Positions 1-5,260 of a stretch of 64,000 nucleotides of DNA are shown in pieces. Origin of the DNA: a virus (Duplodnaviria; Caudoviricetes); the IMG/VR virus record IMGVR_UViG_3300042542_005523; one strand, 5' to 3'. The notes under the pieces were generated by a model. The model saw nothing but the letters and a program-made list of their open reading frames with translations. It did no database searches and was not told the DNA's origin. The position numbers and the translations under genes were made by a program. Numbering within the stretch: the first letter of the stretch is position 1; the number at the start of each line of letters is the position of its first letter.

Positions 1-45
1 TCTGGGCAGATTGAAAACACACAGGTTAAAATCCTGTACTGATTA
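1..45 (+). ncRNA. 3' part of a degenerate tRNA-Leu-framed element (copy 0, cut by window start)
   Basis: acagg-ttaaaat-cctgt-actgatt-a (21-45) is a decayed version of the T-arm/acceptor 3' strand acagg-ttcgaat-cctgt-cctgact-a of the four downstream copies. Confidence 0.55.
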
Positions 46-210
46 CAAAAATAAAACCTCAACAAATAAAGTTGTGAGTTGTATTGAAATAGCCAATTAT
101 AAGCCAACATAAAGCTGTTGGGTGCAGATGGAGTAATTAACCAGGAGCGCAGGCACTGATTGTGACGGTACAACAAATACCCCTCTGAGTTTGGGTTTTA
201 TTTTAAATAT

Positions 211-308
211 AGTTAGGTGGCGGAATGGTAGACGCACAAGACGGGCGATGCATTTAAAACAGAAATAAGCCTGGTCGGTTTTTACAGGTTCGAATCCTGT
301 CCTGACTG
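211..308 (+). ncRNA. tRNA-like element, copy 1 (no canonical anticodon arm)
   Basis: Acceptor agttagg/cctgact, tRNA-Leu-type D arm tggcggaatggtagacgc, T arm acagg-ttcgaat-cctgt; the middle does not form a 5-bp stem with a 7-nt loop. Confidence 0.8.
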
Positions 309-321
309 CTAAAAGAAAGTT

Positions 322-564
322 ATGAATAAAATAGAGAATTACAATTTTGACAAAAATGATTGGGCACATTTCCATGATGTTATTTTAGATGTGACTTGGA
401 ATGATGGTAAAGTGAATCTAAATCAAAAAGAAATGGAACAATTATTTTGGGAGTTACCAGAAGATATGAGAATTGATGCTCAAAAATATGGTATGAATGA
501 TACACCTTGGAGAGATAGTCTGCGGGTATGGTATGAACGAAATAAAATGGGTAAGACTGTTTAA
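322..564 (+). CDS. hypothetical phage protein (80 aa) between tRNA-like copies 1 and 2
   Basis: Clean ORF with normal composition, same strand as flanking elements. Confidence 0.7.
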   Translation: MNKIENYNFDKNDWAHFHDVILDVTWNDGKVNLNQKEMEQLFWELPEDMRIDAQKYGMNDTPWRDSLRVWYERNKMGKTV

Positions 565-579
565 TTGGTTATAAAACAT

Positions 580-698
580 AGTCAGGTGGCGGAATTGGTA
601 GACGCTGCTGTGGGGCGACACCACTCTTTTAAAAACAGCATAAGCTCTTGCAATGATGTACACATTGCAAGGTACAGGTTCAAGTCCTGTCCTGACTA
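580..698 (+). ncRNA. tRNA-like element, copy 2
   Basis: agtcagg/cctgact acceptor, D and T arms as copy 1; tgctg/cagca stem closes a 25-nt loop; long extra hairpin cttgcaatg/cattgcaag. Confidence 0.8.
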
Positions 699-779
699 CT
701 CTGGGCTCAGTAAAGCCTCTTATCGTAAGATAACGTAACTGAAGTGGATAACCTAGAAATAGGTGACGCTCCACTATGG
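699..779 (+). ncRNA. candidate structured RNA between copies 2 and 3
   Basis: Hairpins gggct/agcct (703-718), ttatc-GTAA-gataa (720-733), agtgga/tccact enclosing accta-GAAA-taggt (743-775); two GNRA loops; no ORF. Confidence 0.45.
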
Positions 780-859
780 AGTCAGGTGGCGCAATTGGAA
801 AACGCAACTCGCGGTGTACACAGAGGAGTGAATTACAGGTTCGAGTCCTGTCCTGACTA
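780..859 (+). ncRNA. tRNA-like element, copy 3 (shortest insert)
   Basis: agtcagg/cctgact acceptor, D arm gcgcaattggaaaacgc, T arm acagg-ttcgagt-cctgt; actc/gagt stem with 15-nt loop. Confidence 0.75.
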
Positions 860-1065
860 CACGTTCCGACTAATCATCGGATAGTATGCCTCATACGATG
901 AGAAGTGGTGTGATAGCCACAGAGGAGAGTTGAAGGTTCGTATATACAAACCTTCCAGTTGACTACTGACGTCGGTAAAACCCTTCACGAGGGGAGCAAG
1001 ACAGTCTATTCCTAACTCAGCAATGAGGACAGCCATATCACCTGTAAGTTGGATAAATTAGGGTG
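860..1065 (+). ncRNA. candidate multi-hairpin ncRNA of unknown family
   Basis: GC-richer, ORF-free; hairpins at 866-880, 890-902, 905-920, 932-955, 981-994 and ctca-GCAA-tgag at 1016-1027. Confidence 0.55.
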
Positions 1066-1074
1066 TTTTTATAT

Positions 1075-1237
1075 AGTCAGGTGGCGGAATTGGTAGACGC
1101 TATCGTACTCAAGTAAGGCAAAGCAATGTAGATGAAACGTCGTCGCATGGTGAGTTAACACCTAAAAGTCTTTGGACTTGAAATCCAAAAAACCTTGAGT
1201 ATGTTCTACGATACAGGTTCGAATCCTGTCCTGACTA
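1075..1237 (+). ncRNA. tRNA-like element, copy 4 (about 110-nt structured insert)
   Basis: Same acceptor/D/T frame; insert closed by atcgta/tacgat and tactcaag/cttgagta, with inner hairpins ggtg/cacc and tttgga-cttgaaa-tccaaa. Confidence 0.8.
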
Positions 1238-1262
1238 CAAAAATTAAAATCTAAGGTAATAA

Positions 1263-1544
1263 ATGAAATGCTACGAATGTAAACACAGAGGAAATGTAAT
1301 AGGCTCAGCTCATAGCAGCTGTGGTGTTATCAGAAGCACAGGTAGTGAGAAGGGACAGGAGTTAGAATTCATGCTGGCGATGGGGCAGGTCGAAATGAAA
1401 GATCAAGATGGTAACCCTATTGTTGATATAGACCCTCATGGTATTCAAAACGGATGGGCTGCTTGGCCTATAGATTTCGATCCAGTTTGGATAAGATCCT
1501 GTAAATTCTATACAGAAAAAGAGAAAACAGGTGAATTGAAATAA
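1263..1544 (+). CDS. hypothetical Cys-rich (possible Zn-binding) phage protein
   Basis: CxxC at N-terminus, HSSC, GWAAWPIDFDP...C at C-terminus. Confidence 0.75.
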   Translation: MKCYECKHRGNVIGSAHSSCGVIRSTGSEKGQELEFMLAMGQVEMKDQDGNPIVDIDPHGIQNGWAAWPIDFDPVWIRSCKFYTEKEKTGELK

Positions 1545-1553
1545 ATAACATAT

Positions 1554-1627
1554 GCTACCGTGGTGTAACTGAATAACACGTCTAACTACGGATTAGAAGA
1601 GCGAGGGTTTGAATCCTTCCGGTAGTA
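1554..1627 (+). tRNA. tRNA-Arg(ACG)
   Basis: Acceptor gctaccg/cggtagt, anticodon arm tctaa-ctACGga-ttaga, T arm gaggg-tttgaat-ccttc. Confidence 0.92.
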
Positions 1628-1667
1628 CAAAAAATAATCGAAATTAGAAGAAACAAAAAGATGTTCT

Positions 1668-1676
1668 GATATATAA
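1668..1676 (+). promoter_or_regulatory. putative late promoter GATATATA(A/G) upstream of the leader ORF
   Basis: Same motif lies shortly upstream of eight other starts (see findings). Confidence 0.5.
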
Positions 1677-1685
1677 TAACATAAT

Positions 1686-1778
1686 ATGAAAAACTTGATC
1701 CATACATCCTTACATTTATCCACCACGAGTACCACTTGTGATTCGGATTTATTGTGGAGGAGGCTAATGGATCAATAA
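1686..1778 (+). CDS. putative attenuator leader peptide MKNLIHTSLHLSTTSTTCDSDLLWRRLMDQ
   Basis: 30-codon ORF; residues 6-23 use only H,T,S,L,C,D, the amino acids of the downstream tRNAs; contains GGAGGCT (1759-1765) complementary to the terminator 5' arm. Confidence 0.7.
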   Translation: MKNLIHTSLHLSTTSTTCDSDLLWRRLMDQ

Positions 1779-1800
1779 TAATATTGAATTTTGATTCTGA

Positions 1801-1830
1801 AAAAGCCTCCCCTAAAAAGGAGGCTTTTTT
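1801..1830 (+). terminator. intrinsic terminator / attenuator hairpin in front of the tRNA operon
   Basis: aaaagcctcc-cctaaaaa-ggaggctttt followed by a T-tract (1825-1830). Confidence 0.85.
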
Positions 1831-1860
1831 ATTGGCTCTTTGATTTATTAGATTTAACAC

Positions 1861-1944
1861 GGAAGAGGAATCACAGCGGCCTGTGAGCTAGTCTTGAAAA
1901 CTATGCGTACCTCCGGGTATTGGGATCGACACCTACCTCTTCCG
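1861..1944 (+). tRNA. tRNA-Ser(UGA), 8/4 fold with 6-bp D stem
   Basis: ggaagagg/cctcttcc (8 bp), D stem tcacag-cggc-ctgtga, loop ctTGAaa, long variable arm, T stem tggg/ccta (4 bp), G73. Confidence 0.85.
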
Positions 1945-1952
1945 CTTTTTCC

Positions 1953-2028
1953 GGGGCCTGTGGTGTAATGGCTTGCATAACACACTGTCACTGTGTAGGT
2001 CGGGGTTCGAATCCCCCAGGTCCCGCCA
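1953..2028 (+). tRNA. tRNA-Asp(GUC), apparent 8/4 fold, CCA encoded
   Basis: ggggcctg/caggtccc (8 bp), anticodon arm acaca-ctGTCac-tgtgt, T arm gggg-ttcgaat-cccc, G73-CCA. Confidence 0.92.
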
Positions 2029-2030
2029 AT

Positions 2031-2118
2031 GGAAGATGATCCTAAACGGAGATAGGATCCGCCTGCTAAGCGAGATGTTCGGGTAAAACCGGATGAGGTT
2101 CGATCCCTCCGTCTTCCG
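2031..2118 (+). tRNA. tRNA-Ser(GCU), 8/4 fold
   Basis: ggaagatg/cgtcttcc (8 bp), loop ctGCTaa, long variable arm, T arm gagg-ttcgatc-cctc, G73. Confidence 0.88.
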
Positions 2119-2123
2119 CAAAC

Positions 2124-2196
2124 TCCAGAGTAGCTCAATTGGTAGAGCCCTTGTTTTGTAAACAAGTGGTTGTCGGTTCGATTCCGTCCTCTGGAT
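2124..2196 (+). tRNA. tRNA-Thr(UGU)
   Basis: tccagag/ctctgga, anticodon arm cttgt-ttTGTaa-acaag. Confidence 0.93.
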
Positions 2197-2201
2197 CTAA
2201 T

Positions 2202-2274
2202 GACACCGTGTCTGAATGGTTTAGGTCCAGGTCTGCAAAACCTTGGTACGTGGGTTCGAATCCCTCCGGTGTCT
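2202..2274 (+). tRNA. tRNA-Cys(GCA)
   Basis: gacaccg/cggtgtc, loop ctGCAaa, U73. Confidence 0.92.
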
Positions 2275-2280
2275 CTATAT

Positions 2281-2355
2281 GGTGTCTATAGTGTCAGCGG
2301 TATAGCACGACGGGTTGTGGTTCCGTTAGCACCAGTTCGAATCTGGTTAGACACA
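2281..2355 (+). tRNA. tRNA-His(GUG) with encoded G-1
   Basis: g-gtgtcta/tagacac, anticodon arm acggg-ttGTGgt-tccgt, T arm accag/ctggt; base 73 is A. Confidence 0.92.
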
Positions 2356-2362
2356 CTAATAA

Positions 2363-2447
2363 GCCCCGGTGGCGAAACAGGCTATACGCACCAGACTTAA
2401 GATCTGGCGATCAGTGAATCGTGTGGGTTCGAATCCCACCCGGGGTA
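2363..2447 (+). tRNA. tRNA-Leu(UAA)
   Basis: gccccgg/ccggggt, anticodon arm ccaga-ctTAAga-tctgg, long variable arm, A73. Confidence 0.93.
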
Positions 2448-2479
2448 CATAATTTTTTGTACTTTGATATATAGGTATT

Positions 2480-3079
2480 ATGATTGAAGGATACAAAAAA
2501 TACCAAAACGGATTTGTCAAAGACCCAGCTTCTTACTTGTTAAAAGAAGAAGAAAACGTTACTGCCAGCACAAGCCTGGTAACACCGAAAACTCTTAATG
2601 ATTTTTCGGAATCAATATCATCCTCCCTGAATGAGAGAATCGGTGACGAGTATGCTGCTCACTATTTCTATAGAAATGCTGCCAATTGGTGTAAAAATGT
2701 CAATTATAAAAATGCCACAGCATATTTTGAAGCTGAGGCTGCCAGCGAATTAGATCACGCTAAGGGATTACAAGACTACCTGACACAGTGGAACCTAATG
2801 CCTGCTATTCCTGCTGCTCCAACGCAGCATTCTTTTGAAAATCTAGCAGATATTATCAATAAGGCTTACGAGATAGAGTATGAGTTAATGCTTAAATACT
2901 CCGACAATCAAAAAGAGTTCTTAAATGATCACCCAGCAACTTTCAATTTTATTCAGAAATATGTTGATATACAGAATGAAGCTGTTGCTGAATACTCGGA
3001 TCTTTTAAATGCTCTTAATCTAGTGGACATCAACAATAGATTGGATGTCCTTTACTTCGAGAACAATTACTTCGGATAG
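2480..3079 (+). CDS. ferritin (non-haem type) with N-terminal extension
   Basis: DEYAAHYFY...FEAEAASELDHAKGL...YEIE...FIQKYVDIQNEAVAEY match the ferritin four-helix ferroxidase pattern. Confidence 0.85.
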   Translation: MIEGYKKYQNGFVKDPASYLLKEEENVTASTSLVTPKTLNDFSESISSSLNERIGDEYAAHYFYRNAANWCKNVNYKNATAYFEAEAASELDHAKGLQDYLTQWNLMPAIPAAPTQHSFENLADIINKAYEIEYELMLKYSDNQKEFLNDHPATFNFIQKYVDIQNEAVAEYSDLLNALNLVDINNRLDVLYFENNYFG

Positions 3080-3093
3080 TAATTAGTTACCCG

Positions 3094-3513
3094 TTACAAT
3101 TCTTTAGAAAAGGTTAGACCCGCATATCCTCTCGAGAAATCGAAAGAGAAGTTCGTGTTTGGTATGTAAACTGATGCTCCTAAATATTTACTATTTCCAG
3201 TTTCATCCTGCCAATCGTCTACGTATATCTCAATTCCCTTGTTTGCCAATAAGTCTGAAGCTTTGGATATGAAATCTGGATCATCTGGCTTAAACTTTAT
3301 GATCTGCGATTTTATTGACGAGTCCATTGATATCTTAGGTACGTTCAGCAGAGATTTTTTAAAATCAGAATTCATCTTTAGATAGTCGACTTTACCAAAT
3401 TTTGGAGCCTCTATCTTAAAATTAGTTAGAGACATTTTTGGATCTGGTTTAACTGTGGTAGACTGCCCACCCTCATTTATAAAATCTTCGAAAAGTTTTA
3501 TGTTTTTCATCAC
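3094..3513 (-). CDS. hypothetical protein with capsid-targeting-like N-terminus (MKNIKLFEDFINE)
   Basis: N-terminal motif resembles T4 internal-protein CTS; GATATATA upstream on minus strand (3527-3534). Confidence 0.7.
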   Translation of the reverse strand: MMKNIKLFEDFINEGGQSTTVKPDPKMSLTNFKIEAPKFGKVDYLKMNSDFKKSLLNVPKISMDSSIKSQIIKFKPDDPDFISKASDLLANKGIEIYVDDWQDETGNSKYLGASVYIPNTNFSFDFSRGYAGLTFSKEL

Positions 3514-3612
3514 TGATTTTTTATTTTATATATCGAGAGAATCCCTTTGTAAATGAATAAATAAAGGAGGACCCGGATTTTTAAGGGTTCTTTTCAGTAT
3601 AATAAAAGAACT

Positions 3613-4122
3613 ATGGAAAATCGACTTGACGGTAACTGGAGAAGACTAACAGATTCACAAGAAATTGAATTGCTGTCTTATATTAAATCCTGGATGGACG
3701 AAAATCCAGGACACAAGATCTATATTGGATGTGACTCCCAAAACAAGGGCAGATCTACAACTTATGCAACTGTCATAGTTCTACACTATCCTAGCGGTGG
3801 TGGACACGTCTTGTACAAAAAAGAGAAAATCGAAAAGGTGTCATCCAGTTTCGAGAGGCTCTGGAAAGAAGTAGAGCTTAGTGTGGAAATTGCTAATCTT
3901 TTAATAGATTCAGGTCTAGGTAAACCCGATTGCATAGACGTCGATCTAAATCCAGATCCGAGATACAACTCAAATCAATTACTAAGAGCAGCTGTTGGTC
4001 TTATAGAATCCATGGGGATTCAGGCTAGATATAAATCGAAATCGCCATGGGCTATTAGTATAGCTGACACTATGTGTAAAAGTAAGACGGGTAAGAAACC
4101 AAGAAAAAAACCAGTTAGATAA
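3613..4122 (+). CDS. RNase H-like YkuK family protein (DUF458)
   Basis: IYIGCDSQ...RLWKEVELS...IDVDLNPD...ADTMC pattern. Confidence 0.8.
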   Translation: MENRLDGNWRRLTDSQEIELLSYIKSWMDENPGHKIYIGCDSQNKGRSTTYATVIVLHYPSGGGHVLYKKEKIEKVSSSFERLWKEVELSVEIANLLIDSGLGKPDCIDVDLNPDPRYNSNQLLRAAVGLIESMGIQARYKSKSPWAISIADTMCKSKTGKKPRKKPVR

Positions 4123-4415
4123 TGCCTTGCAAAGTAGTACATTTTAAAAAGGATCCATATGATGTTTATGTAGGAAGAGGATCTAAATGGGGAAATCCAT
4201 TTTCTCATAAGGACGGGACAACGGCCCAATTTAAAGTTTCAAGTAGACAGGAAGCTATAGAAAGCTACAGAACATGGATAAAAACTCAGCCACGTCTGAT
4301 GGAAAGCTTACATGAGCTAAAGGACAAAACACTGGGTTGCTGGTGTAAGCCACAGGGCTGTCACGGTGATGTTCTAAAAGAATTAGCCGACTCGTTGGGT
4401 CGTAATTTATTCTAG
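4122..4415 (+). CDS. DUF4326 domain protein
   Basis: DVYVGRGSKWGNPF...LGCWCKPQGCHGDVL signature. Confidence 0.85.
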   Translation: MPCKVVHFKKDPYDVYVGRGSKWGNPFSHKDGTTAQFKVSSRQEAIESYRTWIKTQPRLMESLHELKDKTLGCWCKPQGCHGDVLKELADSLGRNLF

Positions 4416-4465
4416 TTACGAAATGATAATTTCTAGCGATATATAGATAAAATCACTAGATTATA

Positions 4466-5224
4466 ATGGCATATAGAATTCTTTTTCGTAGAGACACAGC
4501 AGCTAACTGGGCGACTAATAACCCTGTTTTATCTGCAGGTGAACCTGGATTTACAACAGACACAAACATATTTAAAATAGGAGATGGCGTTACCGCTTGG
4601 TCTTCCCTTCAGGATATAAATCCTGCAGGAGTAACCGGTCCAACTGGTGATGTTAATTTCGATAATATAGCATCCGACGTTATTGCTTCTGCCGATGCTA
4701 CTTATAATCTAGGAACTCAAACCTATCAATGGAATAACCTTTACGTTGCGGGCAGCATGTATCTTGGGGATTCCACTGTTACAGTATCTGGTTCTGGAAC
4801 TAATTTTATATTAGCAGGTGGAACAGGAAATCAGATAACTGGAAATCTTGAAATATCTGGTAATCTTACCGTAAACGGGACTACTAATATTAGACCGTAT
4901 AAGGTATATTCCGCTCTGGTTTCTCAGACGTCCTCTCTAGATCCAACAGATTTAGTTTTAGAAAGCACTTTCAATAGCACATTAACTTGGAACAGAGATT
5001 ACACGGGTAGATACACAGTTTCTTCTTCTACGGAGTTTACGATGGATAAGGTATTTGTGATGTTCTCACAGAATGCTGCTCTAGCCACTTCAACGACACC
5101 TTGTCATTATAATTGGCAGTGGTACGATTCAAGCACGCTGTATGTTGAATCTTTAAATGTTACGGGGGCTACAGCGGATAACCTTTTCTCTGCTACTTCG
5201 GTTGAGATTCGAGTTTATAATTAA
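4466..5224 (+). CDS. tail fibre-type protein with Mtd N-terminal domain
   Basis: ILFRRDTAANWATNNPVLSAGEPGFTTDTNIFKIGDGVTAW; short GVTGPTG collagen-like linker. Confidence 0.8.
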   Translation: MAYRILFRRDTAANWATNNPVLSAGEPGFTTDTNIFKIGDGVTAWSSLQDINPAGVTGPTGDVNFDNIASDVIASADATYNLGTQTYQWNNLYVAGSMYLGDSTVTVSGSGTNFILAGGTGNQITGNLEISGNLTVNGTTNIRPYKVYSALVSQTSSLDPTDLVLESTFNSTLTWNRDYTGRYTVSSSTEFTMDKVFVMFSQNAALATSTTPCHYNWQWYDSSTLYVESLNVTGATADNLFSATSVEIRVYN

Positions 5225-5260
5225 TTTCTCCGAAATTAACTTATTTGCTACGGAATTTTT

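Noticed and set aside
1-1237. CRISPR array interpretation of the repeat-spacer-repeat pattern
   Set aside because: Repeats are tRNA halves, spacings are highly unequal and include ORFs, and no cas genes are in the window.
1075-1237. Group I intron or a hidden Ser(UGA) tRNA in copy 4 (inner loop cttgaaa)
   Set aside because: Insert is too short and lacks recognisable P7/R-S elements; removing it does not yield a canonical anticodon arm. The loop resemblance may be chance.
97-2400. ORFs 97-375, 454-807, 1582-1860, 1854-2165, 1933-2121 (minus) and 2170-2400 (plus)
   Set aside because: They overlap tRNAs or tRNA-like elements and read as typical tRNA shadow translations.
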